DNA of 64,000 nucleotides from Okamejei kenojei. Lineage: Eukaryota. The stretch is taken from contig CM069155.1 in NCBI GenBank assembly GCA_035221665.1, positions 27,776,001 to 27,840,000 of the forward strand, read 5' to 3'. Below, piece after piece: positions 50,298 through 64,000 of the stretch. The notes below the pieces were generated by a model. The model searched no databases. It saw only the letters and a program-made list of their open reading frames with translations, and was not told the DNA's origin. The stretch's first letter is position 1, and each line of letters opens with the position of its first letter. Both the position numbers and the translations under genes were made by a program.

Positions 50298-51380
50298 TAT
50301 TGGGGGTAGAGTGCTGACATGGATAGAAAATTGGTTGGCAGACAGGAAACAAAGAGTATGAATTAACGGGTCCGTTTCAAAATGGCAGGCAGTGACGAGT
50401 GGGGTACCGCAAGGCTCGGTACTGGGACAGCAGCTATTTACAATATACATCAATGCTTTGGATGAAGGGATTCAAAGTAACATTAGCAAATTTGCAGACA
50501 CAAAGCTGGGTGGCAGTGAACTGTCAGGGGGATGCTATGAATGCAGGGTGACTTGGACAGGTTGGGGGAGTGGGCAGATGCACGGCAGATGAAGTTTAAT
50601 GTGGATAAATGTGAGGTTATCCACTTTGGTATAAAAAACAGGAAGGCAGATTACTATCTAAATGGCGTCAAATTGGGAAAAGGGGAAGTACAACGGGATC
50701 TGGGGGTCCTTGTTCATTAGTCTATGAAAATAAGCATGTAGGTACAGCAGGCAGTGAAGAAAGTGAATGGCATATTGCCTTTATATTGTCGAGTATAGGA
50801 GCAAAGAGGTCCTTCTGCAGTTGTACAGGGCCCTAGTGAGACCACACCTGGAGTTTTGGTCCCCTAATTTGAGGAAGGACATTCTTGCTATTGAGGGAGT
50901 GCAGCCTAGGTTTACAAGGTTAATTCCCGGGATGGCGGGACTGTCAGATGCTGAGAGAATGGAGCGGCTGAGCTTGTACTCTGGAGTTTAGGAGGATGAG
51001 AGGGGATCTTACTGAAATATAAAAGCTTGTTAAGGGTTTGGACACACTAGAGGCAGGAAACATGTTCCCGATGTTGGGGAAGTCCAGAACCAGGGGCCAC
51101 AGTTTAAGAATACGGGTTAAGCCATTTAGAACAGAGACGAGGAAACACTTTTTCACACAGAGTTGTGATTGTGTGGAAGTCTGTGCCTCAGAGGGCGGTG
51201 GAGGCCGGTTCTCTGGATACTTTCAAGAGAGAGCTAGATAGGGCTCTTAAAGATAGCGGAGTCAGGGGATAGGGGGAGAATGCAGGAACGGGGTACTGAT
51301 TGGGGATGCTCAGCCATGATCACATTGAATGGCTGTGCTGGCTCGAAGGGCCGAATGGCCTACTCCTGCACCTATTGTCT
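50075..51380 (+). mobile_element. 5'-truncated CR1 LINE with intact 3' end (frameshifted RT)
   Basis: [45 protein letters not shown]; 3' gaagggccgaatggcctactcctgcacctatt. Confidence 0.92.
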
Positions 51381-54379
51381 AGTGATCAAGCGTGGGTAAA
51401 TGGGATATTTATTGAAGGTGGGCATGAGAGGGGCAAGGCAACACTATCCATGTCCTCCAAAGATGCTGCCTGGCATGCTGAGTTACTCCAACACTTTATT
51501 TCCCCCCTGAATACAGGAGCTGGTCTGCATAAGGTCAGAAGAGAGGAGGGGTGTTGATGATTGCACTAGGCACATTTCCATCTCCTTGTGCAACAAGAAC
51601 ACCGCATCTGTATGCAGCAAGACCTAATGTTCAGGCACAGGCAGGTAAATGAGAACAGCCACTGAGATAAGGCTTCTCTCTAATGACTTGCTGTAACCAT
51701 TTACTGGCATTACCAGCAAGTTTTTCACATTGATGTTTGCTTTTAATGACCAGAAACACAACCACAGATATAACAGTGTCTACAAGAACAGGTTTGTAGT
51801 CTGGGTATCTAGTGAAGCCTTGTAGCCTTCAAGATGCAACCTTCAAGATGCAATTTCAAAATAGGACAGAATACTACTGGCTCATGAGACCCTTCAGCCC
51901 ATTATGTTCAAAACTAGACCAGGTTAACCCCATTCATAATTCTGTGTCCATTGCCCAGTGGTTTAAGGCCCACATGCCAGGTATCTCTCCACCACTCTCT
52001 CAGACAGAGAGCTGAAGTTAATCAGGGACAACCTGACCTGAACTAACCCACACCGACTGGCCTTCAATGACGCTATCCCCCTCCAAATAATTCTCCTCCA
52101 ATTTCATTTCCATGAATTTGTTAGACTGATCAGCCTATCGTTCATCCCGTTCTCACATCTGAAGCCACGCACAACACTGTGGTCTGCTGGCACCACCACT
52201 GCAGTTGAAAAGCACTCATAACTGCAATGTATGAATGACGCTTGGAGTGGTGCATAAATAGGATATTTATAATAAATGGAGGATACGTGGGACTAGCTCG
52301 GTTAAGCAACATGTCAGCATGGACAACTGGAGCAAAGGACCTGTTTCTGTTCTTTATACCCCTATGGCCTCCAATGCTACAGCCATTAAATGTTTCCTTT
52401 CTCTTTGTCAATCTCATCATCGTCCACACACATTATCTCTCCCCCTTTTTCCCCTACCTCCTCCTCCTCCCTTACCTCTTATGCCAACCATCAGGTATCT
52501 ATTTACGTGCCCTGTTTACCAGCGCTTGATCCTTAGCCTCCTGTGCCCTGGTGAATCAAGTGCTTATCTGGATGCTTGCATATTGAGTCTCTGCTTCCAC
52601 CTGCTCAGGCACTTCCAACTGGTTCCAGTGGGAGGGAATTCTTCATGTCCCCTCTCAACCGTATCCCTCACTTGAAATCCATGCCCTCTACTCTTAGAAT
52701 ACCTCTGCCATGAGAAAATCTCTTACTATCTACCCTATCTCTGCCTCTTATATGTTTATACATCTCTATCAGATGCCTACATACATTGCATCGCCTACAT
52801 TCGCACCGACTGTAAGTTGTTGATATAGATAACAAGGATCCCAACAGTGATCCATGTGGTGCATTGCTGGTCACACACGTCTAATTAGCAAAGCAACCAT
52901 ATAACATATAACCATATAACATATAACCATATAACAATTACAGCACGGAAACAGGCCCTCTCGGCCCTTCCAGTCCGTGCCGACCATTTGTTTTCCCCTA
53001 GTCCCATCTACCTATATAACCAATACCTATATAACCCTCCACCATCTATTACCATGCCAATTTTGGAACCAACTAGCCTTCGAACCCATGTGGGATCTTG
53101 TCCAAGACTTACTCAGGCTCCAGTAAACAGTGAACCCCACTGCCCATTCAGTTACCTCTCCAACAAACTAAATTAGTCAGAAAGGATCTCCCACCTACAA
53201 ATCCATGCTGGCTATCCCTGATCTATCCCTGTCTTTCTAAGTGTAGATTAATACAACCACTCAGAGAATTTTCCATTAAGTTCCCTACCCCTGACTAACT
53301 GGCCAGTGATTATCTGGATTAACCCTGCTATCTTTTTTTTAGTCTAAAGGCATGCATTTGCTGTCTTCTGGTAACCAGCTAAGATTTAAATATCTTTGTT
53401 AGGGTTCCAGCTATCATCTCCTCTGCCTCCCATAGCATCCTGGGATAAGTCTCTAGACATCTTGGGGAGTCATCCACCTTTATGCACACTAGCACATCTG
53501 TCTTTTTAGTTATAGTCCTCTAGAATGTCATAATCCCAATTGAAATTTCCATCTACAATATTTACTGAATACATATAAATAATATTAATTTAGCACCTCA
53601 ACACATCCTCTTTTGGTTCCTCTCAGGCCTGCTCTTTTCCTGGTCACCCTCTTACTCTCATATGATCATACTCATAAGTGATAGGAGCAGAATTAGGCCA
53701 TTCAGTATACCATTTAATCATGGCAGATCTCTCTCTCCTTACCCTATTCTCCTGATATCTCCCCATAACCATTACTAATCAAAAATCTATCTATCTCTGC
53801 CTTTAAAATATTCATTGACTTTGCCTCCACAGCCTTCTGTGGCAAAGAATTCCACAGATTCACCCTCACCCTCCCTAAATAAATTCCTCATCTCCTTCCG
53901 AAAGGAACGTCCTTTAATACTGAGGCTAGGACGTCTACTCGTAGACTCTCCCACTAGTGGAAACATCCTCCCCACATCCACTCTATGGGGAGCATCCAAG
54001 CCTTTCACTATACTATCAATATACTTATGAAATGTTTTGAGAATATCTTTAGCCTTATATTCCAGTGATATTTCATGGTTCTCTTTGATCTCCTAATTTA
54101 TTTTAAGCATTAAAAATCAAAGCCCTAATATTCTTGGACGTCCAAGGTTCCCTGGACTTGGTGTCCTTGCCATTCACCTATGGGAGTATGTTGGCCCCAA
54201 CCTCTCACTATTTCACTTTTAAAAGACTCCTGTTTGCAAACATAGGTTTACCTGCAAGAAGTTACTCCCAAGTCCGAATTTGGCAGCTCCTGCCTCATAT
54301 TGAAATCGGTCTTCTCCAAATTTAGACATTTAATTTACAGACTTTCCTTATGCTTTTCACAGCTTCTTACAAACTTAAG

Positions 54380-55520
54380 AGTCAAGAGTGTTTTATTACC
54401 ATATGACCCAAATGGAACAATGAAGTTATTTCTTGCAGCAGCACAACAGATACGTAAACATAGTTCTCTGTAAACACCATAATAAACAACAAAAAAGTTC
54501 AGTATATAACAGCGCAAAGACAGAAACAATGCTCCCCAAGTCTATGCAGTTCAGAGCTTATTTGGAGGTTGTAGTGTTCAATAGCCTGATGGTTGTACGG
54601 AAGAAGCGGTTCCTGAAACTGGACGCAACTGTTTTCAGGCTCCAATAGTGTGTGGCCAGGGTGGTGTGGGTCTGTGACAAATCCGATTTGGAGGTAGCAA
54701 CTCTATTCAATAGACCCATGAAGGACTGGGCAGTGTCCACCACTATTTGCAATCGTGGGCGCTCGAGTTGCTGAACCAGGTCATGATGCAACCATGCTCT
54801 TTACTGTACACATGTAGAAGTTCAGGAGAGTATTCGTGAATGTACCGAATCTCCTCAATCTTCTAAGGAAAAAGAGATTTTGAAGGGGTTTCTTTATGAT
54901 TGCATCGATGTGCTGGGTCCAGGACAGATCTTCAGAGATACGCATGTCTAGGGAATTAGAAACTTTTGACTCTCTTCACAACCATCCCGTTGATGAAGAC
55001 AGGTTTGTGGATCCTCGACCTTCTTCCAAAGTCAACAATCAGCTCCTTGGTTTTATTGGCATTGAGAGCAGGATTGTTGTTCTGGCACATTTGGTCAGTC
55101 AGTCGATCTCCTTCCTATACTCCCATTCATCGTCATTTGCAATTTGTCCAACAATGGTGGTGTCGTTGACAAATCTGAAGATGGAGTTCGAACTGTAGTG
55201 AGTATAGAGTGAGTAGAGCAGGGGGGCTGAGCACGCATCCTCGAGGCACTCCTGCACTGATGGTTATCGAGGAGGAAGTGTTGCTGCCAATTTGTACAGA
55301 TTGAAGTCTGTGGATGAGAAAGTCGAGGATCCAGTTGCAGAAGGATGTGCAGAGACCCAGAGCTTGGTATCTATAAACAACAGCCTGACATATGTGTTTT
55401 TATTGTTCAAGTGATCTGTTGCAGACTGGACAGCCAGTGTGATTGCATCCTCCTTTGCCCTGCCATGGTGGTAGGCAGATTGTAGTGTGCCCACGTATTT
55501 GTTGAGGTAGGAGTTATGGT
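54380..55520 (-). mobile_element. Degenerate Rex1/Babar-type LINE fragment
   Basis: Minus-strand EDAITLAVQSATDHLNNKNTYVRLLFID (RT motif) and SFRNRFFRTTIRLLN near the 3' end. Confidence 0.75.
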
Positions 55521-56849
55521 TACTAGCCAAACTGTTATGATGATAAACTTTGAAAATCAAAATAACTGCTGAGAATTTTCAACATGTAAAAAAACCCACT
55601 GGAATCAGTGATCAAGTTGCATCTGTGGGAAGAGCTGGAGCTACCATTTCAGGTAGAAGAACTTTTGTCAGAACTGGTAAAACCTTTCCTGGCTTTGTCG
55701 GAGATAACGTAAGCAAGAACTATAAGCTAATTTGTGAAATAAAATTTGTTAAAATTTCCACCAACATGCCTTGACAATGAGATTAGCCATTCTCATATTG
55801 AACCAGTTATCAGTGCTGTGGAATAGATTGTTTATACTGTAGAAGGGTTGACCATTCCGTCTCTGCAGAGATGCTGCCTGTCCCGCTGAGTTATTCCAGA
55901 ATTCTGTGTCTATCGCTGTACACCAGCAATTTGTTTCTTCCTACACTAATAATTCTACTAGATATATTCATTCAGTGTCTAAAATTCTAAGATTAGAAAC
56001 AATTAAAAATTAAAGCAATTACATCCATTGGAACTTGCCTCTCTCCGTAGCGACTGCAACTCCCTGTGGAAGTGCCCATGCTCAGATTTTGCAGTGTGAC
56101 TGTAGGAACATGGGAGATGGCCGTACTCCATCGCTGTACTGGGGATGTCCGTGGCAATCAGCAAGTCAGTGCTGCGCACACTTGTGCCAACATTGCAGAC
56201 TTACGGGAGAAGCCATCACATTGAACCTTTGCCACTTTAGACAGGCAGTAGGGCATGAATGGACTTCTCATCCAACAACCAGCACTTTAGTGGAGCCTCC
56301 TGCTCCTGGATTGAAGCCCCAGCCTGGATTTGTATTACCATTGGGTCAAACACAGTACGGAAATGGGCCCATTTGTCCCCTTGAATTTGCACCTCCCATC
56401 AAGCTCCCACTTTCATCAACATTCACTTTATTCTCCCCACATTCCCATCAACCCTCCCCTGGTTCTGCTACTCATGCACACATTAGGAACAATTTACTGC
56501 AGCCAATCAAAATAGCAACCCACACATTCGGGGGAAACCCTCCTGGTCACAGACAACGTGCAAACTCTACACAGACATCACCCGAGCTCAGGATTGAACT
56601 TAGTTCCCTGGAACTGCAAGTTGGCAGTCTTACCTGCTGTGCCACACTGCTGCCCGAGCTATATGATGAAGTCTGGAGTGGAGTTGAATGTAAGAGGTTC
56701 TGCCTCAGTGGCAACCACCAGGTGATTCAAGCTCCAAGCATAATTCCAGAACTTCGCCAAGCTCCACCCTTTATTGCCCATGAAGGTTTTCAGTGAATAA
56801 AATGTTTTGATTTTTTCCATTAATCAGGATAAAGAAATTACAATAGGTC

Positions 56850-58404
56850 ATCAGTTGATCAATGTTCAATATTTATTTGACATCTGATACAAAGCCAGAA
56901 ACAGGATATTAAATTAAAAATACTTTTTGATACTTTAATTGCCACCCATATTCATTTCACGCTGATACTCTCTCCATGCATTGCCAACCCATCAGGGCAT
57001 GGGCAATCCCAATCACTTCCAGGAGCTCCACTAATTCACCGAATTGGAGGACAGAACCATCTCCCCAGCCTCCACACAATGGAGGCAGTTCCGCCCTCAC
57101 CCATCTGTAACTCATTTTTTCCACACCATCACCATGGGTGAATCAGGTTCCAAGGATGGCCACGTTTGCTATGGCCAACATCATTCTGCAGCCTGGTACA
57201 TCTGGTTTCAACTCCAGTGGGGATTCCGATCAAACACGGTCGCCTGGACTGAACCTACCCCTTTAAACAACTGTTTACGTTCTCGAGATCCCAGTTGGGG
57301 TTGCAGCCTTGCTCCTTCCTCGTGCTCAGGCTTAGATTTTGGGGTAACGCCAAATAAACTTGCTATTTTTACCCAGTCCAGTCGACTTGCCATTATAGAC
57401 ACACCAAAGTGATCAAGACTTAACTGCTCTCCAAAACGTCCACTTCATGTTCAAAGGGCAGTCAGGGACGGACAATAATTGCCATCAGGGTCCAGGTCCC
57501 CTGAACAATTAATAAAAAATCAATCCATCGATGCAGCCACCCGAGTAGGTAATCTGTCACTGAGAAACCCGTTCAATATTAGCATGAGCAGGGATGGGGA
57601 GAGCAGGATACCTGACTGACACACAACTTTGCAGATGAAAGACAACAAATCCCCTTTGCCAGTGATTAACAGGATGAAATTGGAACTATGCAAATTGGGA
57701 ATTTCAATTAGTACCACCCTTAATTTATATCAAAGATTTTCACAAAAATGTATTTGAAGTGTGGTCAATAATATGTAGGGAAACACGGCAGTCAATTCAT
57801 GTACAGTGAGATTCCCATAAGCAATGATCAATACATATCAATGTTTTTCACCGAGTTCCCAGTCCTTCTTTAAATGGTACTGTAGGAATTTATTTATTAA
57901 TTGAGCAGGCAGATAGGCTCTCAACATTGGGTTGTACTGCGTATTCAAGTCCTTGAGTGGTGTTTATACATTTGCCTTCATCAAATGGTTATGTCAACCA
58001 AACACACTGATACGTGCTGCTACCAACATGTCTTAAATCTCTGAGCTGTTTCATTTCAAGGGCCAGTCCTTCTGCGAAGAAACAAGTACTTTGGTCCTTT
58101 TCAAAATGACAGTGTAGCAGTGATTGAATTAAGAGACAGACCTCCAAAAACTTTCAGTGAGGTGAGCAGGCACACCACTCATCCATACTGAAATGGACAC
58201 TGCCACAGAATTACAGCCCAAGAAAAAGGAGCCTTTTAATCACATTCACAGTCCATCAAAGCATATCCCTTGAGAAGCTGATTTTAGTTACTTATTAGAT
58301 CTGATTTTTGTACCCAATAGGTATCCAAAGGTAGAAAAACACAGAAACCTGGGATAGTTCATTGCCACATTTCAGACAGGTTAAGGATCGCTGCCATTTT
58401 GTTC
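56850..58404 (-). other. RNF185: Probable RNF185 3' UTR
   Basis: Follows the stop on the minus strand; minus-strand AATAAA at 57889-57898 (two overlapping) and 56872-56877; end uncertain. Confidence 0.45.
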
Positions 58405-58502
58405 TTAGGCAATGAGGAGCCAAAACATAATTACAAGAGCCACGAAGAGGAAAAGGCGAGAGAGGAATTGTTCATCCACATACTGCGGCGTTCCAGGAAC
58501 TG
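58405..58502 (-). CDS. RNF185: RNF185 last coding exon (C-terminal TM)
   Basis: cccgcag|(A)[31 protein letters not shown]; upstream RING exons were not found and presumably lie beyond the window. Confidence 0.96.
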
Positions 58503-60605
58503 CTGCGGGACAAGAGAGGAGAAACACACTGAGAATCCACCAGCTGGAGATCATTAAATACAGATAGATGCTCAGGATGGCACCTTTCATTGGGTACTTT
58601 ACAGGCAATTAATCAGTCTTAAGTTTGGTCACTGCTGTCACATGGCTTGTGGGATTGTTTCGTCTTTTAGAGATACAGCGTGGAAACATGCCCTCCGGCC
58701 CACCGAGTCGGCGCTTGCCCTGTACACTAGCAATCACCCCGTACACTAGTATCCTACACATTAGGGACAAACATGGAAGCATGCACATACCGAGTGCAAG
58801 ATGGAGCAGAAAGTAACACAAAGGTTGGCTCAGAAAAAACGGAAGCAAAAAGCTGAAGATAAAGCTTCACAAGGCTTATCCTCAGGAGTGGCGAGTATTC
58901 AGGATGCTTTGTGTGCTTGCAGTTCAAGATAATAAAGCTTATTGCCTTTGGAGTTCTCAAAGGAGCAAACACAATGGAGACAATCCAAAGGGAAAAAGAA
59001 TGCAGTCTAAATGTCTGTCCTGGTGAAAAGTTGCAAGACTATACCAAAAGGTTTTGGAGGTGTGGCATGTAGACAAAGGATTTGCATAAAAACCATGGCC
59101 GGGAAGCGCTGAGTAAGGTCTCCGACATTCTTAGCACTAATACAAGCGGTCTCTCTGACGTTATAATCTGTCTAAGCTTACAAACCATGCGAAGAAATGG
59201 TAAGTTTAGACACCGAGCCAGAATGTGAGATGAACTGAATGCAAAGAACGCAACTAAGGGCATCAGATAAATGCGGGATTAACAGAAATATGAGAAAAAT
59301 AATGACAGAATTATGTGGCTGCACATGGTTTACATTTACAAGAAAACAATGGGTTCATGTCTTGCATATTAATATAAAATACCAAGAGCAAATTGATGTA
59401 TCAGCACAACAGCAGGTCCTCATAACTAAAAATAGTCTAACTCAAGAGCTAATCACCTTAAACTGATCAAAGCCAAGACTATGTGCACACAGCTCTTCTT
59501 GGCAGATCATCTCTGGAGTAACTGTCTGTAGCAGTAAGCATGTTCACTCTACATGACAGGCACAATATTTAAACAAAGAGCATTAAATAAATGGCTTGTT
59601 GTTCTATTTTGAGTCTAAGGAAACCTGGCTCCCCCTCTCCCCCCTAGTTGTCCTACTGGCTCCACCGTTCACATCTTGTATTCCGTATTCCTCTCGTCAG
59701 CATATCTTCCCAAGCCACCAATGGGCCATTGTAGGCTCCACCCTTCCTGAGGTCATCTGTTGCCGGCCATGTTTGCCCTGTTTTGTTCTGGCCTTCTCTA
59801 CCTTTCAGTCCCAAAACATCACCTATTCCTTTTCTCCAGAGATGCTGCCTGACCCGCTGAGTTACTCCAGCTTTTTGTGTCGATTAAAGAAACCTTGATG
59901 AGGGTCATCTTATGCAATGTGCTGAATCATGCTGTTGACCAGCTGGTGGTTCTGAAGATATGCTGCATGTAGATCAGCTTGCCCCTGGCTTCCACACCTG
60001 CATCTGCAATGTAACGACCAAGACCGAGCTTGAGGTCAGATGAAGTCTTGGCCCTCTGATTTTTTCTTTGGTGTGTAGGAGGCCCAGGAGTGACATTATT
60101 GAGGTGTACAAGATTCTGAGCATCATGGATTTCCCCAAGGTAGAGGTTTCTAAAACTAGATGGCATAAGTTTAAGGTGAGAGGGGCGAGATTTAAGAAGG
60201 ACCTCAGGGACAACTTTTTCATTCGTCTATGGACCAAATGCAGGAATAGGGAGCTAGTCCAGTAATCCCAACTTGGTTGGCTGGTCAAGGTGGGTTTCTG
60301 TGCTGTACAGCTCTATGACAAAGTAGTTGACATTAGTTATTATGCTGGATTAGGACTTTCCGAGAACCCCTCAGAACACTGCCATTACACTGCTCTAAAT
60401 CTTTCTTTGAGAACTGTAAACTGAATATGCTGCCTGCCCATCTCCCAGCTTCACAATCATTTCCAGAACATCTACCACCGCTAGCGAGCGGTATGCTGTA
60501 ATGTGCAGAGACCAAACCATACAACTCTAACAGAGAGCTGACCATTTGCATACTAAGCCGTAAGCATGTAGGAGGGGTGGAGAACGGTCATTTTAAATTA
60601 CGTAC

Positions 60606-60723
60606 CTGGAGGCGGGCGGCCGTCATTAATGTTGAATGCTGTTGCAAAAATCCCAAATGGAAACGCACCAATCCCAAAAGACATCTGGAATCCTCCATCT
60701 CCAAAGCCAAAACCTTGGAAACC
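60606..60723 (-). CDS. RNF185: RNF185 penultimate coding exon
   Basis: tttcag|[40 protein letters not shown]|gtacg; matches the RNF185 C-terminal region; 118 nt. Confidence 0.96.
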
Positions 60724-63700
60724 CTGAAATGGGATTATGACAGTAATTCAACACAAAACCAATACAAGCACAAACATGGTCCAGACGACCTCTTTGTGAC
60801 AAAACAAAAACACACAGCACTTCCAAAAATGAAGGAACCAAAGGCAATGTGGACAGGGAGGTGGTTAACAACAAAGGTCACTAACAGTGAAGTGGGATAT
60901 GAAGGGTAAACTCCCAACGGCAGCAACTAATACTGGCCCTCTGTAGGTACAAACAACGCAGCTATCAATGACAAATTAAAAAATGGAGACAGAGCTACAT
61001 AACTTGTATATGTTTACTGTACTGAGCTAGTCATAGTAAATAATGTAAACAAACAGAGCCATCGGCCATGTCTCAGTCACAAGGGTTACAGGATGAGTCC
61101 CACTCTAAAGATACATGCAGAAAAATCTAGGGCTGTTGTGAGAAATTATGCTTCAGATGATTTGTTAATTAATATTGGTTCTCCAAGGTGAATGCTAAAG
61201 AGCACACAACATTACTTTGAAAATCTCTAGAGATGGATACCCGGAGTCCTAATCAGTAGTGATCCAGACATCACCAAAGCAGATGATCCTATCATGAGTT
61301 CTCTTTGTGAAAACCCGCTGTGTGAACTGCCCCAGGGTTTCCTGCATCCCAAAGGACAATCAGTGCAGAGGCTTTGGATATTCTTAAGACAGCAGAAGAT
61401 GGATACTTGATATGTAAGAGGGTGAAAGGTGGAAGATATTGGTCGAATCTCACATGCATTTTGAGAAGCCATCTCCATGGCCAAGGCTGTTTTGCATGCC
61501 AAATCAAAGGGCTGGTGTTTTCAGTAAATGTTATTGGATTCCCTCTTCCAGCAATCCACATACAAATCTATCACACTAAACACGATTCAGAAATGTCCCA
61601 AAATTGCAGTGTAGAGACAACTTCTTCAATGTACTCACTCATCAGACTTCTGTTTTTTTTGTGTGAAATTTGTATCTTTCTGCAATCTCTATGGGCTTAG
61701 GGTTGAAGTAAACATCAACAACAGGGTCAAATGAAATATTTTTTGCTTTCTCTGGGGCCAGGATCTTGGTGTGAGATATATAAACCTCAGAACCAATTTC
61801 AATTAATAGAATGGCCATTTTGCGTCCGATTGCCTTGTTTTGTGCTTTTACCTGCACTTGATCACCTCCCTCTGTTTCTTCAGCTTCAATATTAATTGCA
61901 CTAAAAAACATTTCCATTCGCTCACAGTACGAGCTAAAGGTTTCTCAGTTCTTGTCGAAAATCCCTAGTCGGCCGATGTATCTTATGGATGCCATTTTGC
62001 CATAGACACAACACAAAGAGAGCCTGACAATCTCTAGATGATTCGTGCAGCTGCTGTTTAACACTACACTGCATAGAAGGATCTGCAGTCTATTGTGTCC
62101 AGTTCAGAAACACTCGCGACACAGCTCCGTATTTGCCGTGTAAAATGTTAAACTATACTGCATATTGTTAGAACAGTCCTGCGCAGAATTTAAAGGTCGA
62201 GTTCTCAAATTCAATCGTATCCTTGTCGCAATGTGTAAGATATTACAGTAATGGCAAGTAGACAGAAACAAAGACAGGTTTCAGTCAAGCATTTGCCAGT
62301 GTCGGTCTTCTTTATTTTACAAAAGTACACTGCGCATACTCACACACATATTCAGGAGACAAATAAGGTATGAATATATCACATGATTCAAATAACACCG
62401 CTTGTTACTCAGTTCTTAAAGATACAGTTACCATTATATACACTACATGGTAGTGTAACCAACTACATGGTGGCTACCATGGTAGACAGTTGTAAGGTTA
62501 CAATGAAATCAGCCATGACCTTATATGACAGCGGTCATACTGGGTTGAACCCTGTCCCTACTCCGTTACCTGTAAAGTACTTAGGACAGGTACTATACAC
62601 AAAGTCAAGTCTGCCTTTGTTTCCTTTGAAAGGGACTTTGATAGATGACGACTATTGCATGGTAAGTTCCAGAATGCAGACCCAGCAACACATGTCCAAG
62701 TCCAGAGAGGATGAAAGGGACCTCCAAATGTCGTTGCCCATGTCCTGGGTTGGGAAACGTTCTTGGGAGTACCCCAGGAGAGTGATTCAAGTGCATTTGT
62801 AGCTGATGTACACTGTAGATAGTGGTGGGGGCAACAAATAATGAAGCTGCCACATGCGGAGCCAACCAAACAGGCTGCTTAGTCGTAGCTGGTGCAGGCT
62901 TGTTTCATGGAACATTCATCCAGGTAACTGGGGACAATGCCAGGCACTTCTGATTTGTGGGTGGAGAGGACCCAAGGAGTCAGGAGAAAGAGATATTTAT
63001 CCTCCACATCTCCTCCAATCCTGTCTACATGGGAGAAAGCAAGTGGAACATGAGCACAACACGCAGTAGTTGGATCAAATGGTATTTAACATGTCCAGAT
63101 TAGAAGGAGTATTCTGTATAGGCCTGTTTTTCCTCCATTCTTTCAATCGGTACGTGCACAAGGTATAGAACAGTTGAGAATTCAAGGCAGTTAGATTGAG
63201 GTCAGACCAGTCATGATCTAATTCACTGGTAAATGATCTGATTAAATGAATAAATTGGACAGATTGGAAAAGCTGGGTGGTTTCTTACAGCAAAGAAGAT
63301 CATGAAGAGATATGATAAAGGTTCATGTAAGGGGGCATTTGAAGTTGTTGAAAAGGACAACTTTGTAATGTTGTGCGGCAAGAGGTGTAATGATAATCAG
63401 AGTGAGTCAGAGAGGGGCAAAACTTACAAACTTAAATGTGAAATGCAAATAGAGATGGGAGAAGGCGATAAAATAAACCTCAGTAATGTACAAAGCAACT
63501 GAGCCAAATAAATTGATGACACTCTGACATGACACTATTAGGAATAAACAAAGTGACAGTCATTACCAAAAGCGGTTCAAAGGTGAGCAAGGCTAGGAAC
63601 TGAATATGCCTGGGCACCTAATATTTTGGAAGGTGGTGGATCTCAGTGAGAGAAGATCTTTATTCAGAAGTTCATGATGTAGATTCAGTTTTGATAGAGA

Positions 63701-64000
63701 AGAAATAAATGGAAGTCATCAAAAGGGACCAGTTAGTAGACATGTGATAGTAAATGCCTTGATCAAGCTGGGGGCTCATAAGAAAGAAGATACTATAATA
63801 ATCTTGGGCAACAAAAGTATTCAATAAGATTGGATAAATCACAGAGGATGAGTGCAGAGGACAGATACGGGCAACGTGCTTGGATCCTAGTCGCTTCCCC
63901 GCTGCTCTTCCACCAAACAATGGGTTATTTCGCATGTGGGCACGTGCAATGAGACAGGATAAATAATGATCTCACGCTAAAGGGTCCTCTGGATAAGATT

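Noticed and set aside
50053-51241. Reverse-transcriptase ORFs as an active element
   Set aside because: 5'-truncated with several frameshifts and stops; a dead CR1 copy
48500-56079. Possible minus-strand mini-gene (56079-56039 with GC donor, 52198-52157, 48562-48500) giving MGTSTG...NILEYLRAPIMEKVPKQKAH, with RAPIMEK faintly like LIMK2 RAPMEK
   Set aside because: Exons were hand-picked, one acceptor is weak, there is no flanking kinase similarity and no terminal exon; compatible with chance unless RNA-seq shows the junctions
56035-56796. 253-aa + strand ORF
   Set aside because: Non-ATG start, runs through an antisense SINE, no recognisable domain
58503-58608. Hydrophobic N-terminal part of ORF 58405..58608
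   Set aside because: Intronic read-through upstream of the RNF185 acceptor and polypyrimidine tract

Overview
Vertebrate genomic DNA; the repeat families (CR1 and Rex1-type LINEs, tRNA-derived V/HE1-type SINEs, Penelope-derived repeats) point to a cartilaginous fish, probably a skate or ray (inference). Three protein-coding genes can be reconstructed by hand from splice sites and similarity to the human proteins as I recall them. (1) A complete 10-exon DGCR2/IDD gene (+, CDS 2569-31827, 1611 nt, 536 aa: signal peptide, LDL-A, C-type lectin, VWC-like, TM, two PPxY, PDZ-binding NTVV). (2) A 4-exon PIK3IP1-like gene (+, CDS 35471-46080, 215 aa), missed by the ORF track, which seems to lack both kringle exons. 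(3) The last two coding exons of RNF185 (-, 60723-60606 and 58502-58405). Points worth a second look: both + strand promoters are built from 31-bp tandem arrays of transcription-factor sites (GC-box; CCAAT plus GC-box); PIK3IP1 is kringle-less; LIMK2 is absent from its usual place between RNF185 and PIK3IP1; DGCR2 intron 8 holds a 36-nt copy of the TM exon with only synonymous changes and in-phase splice signals; DGCR2 exon 4 starts with a recursive-splice-type AG|GTAAGT; a uORF stop abuts the DGCR2 ATG; and many Penelope-derived repeats carry degenerate hammerhead-ribozyme cores. Repeat boundaries are approximate and no database searches were run.
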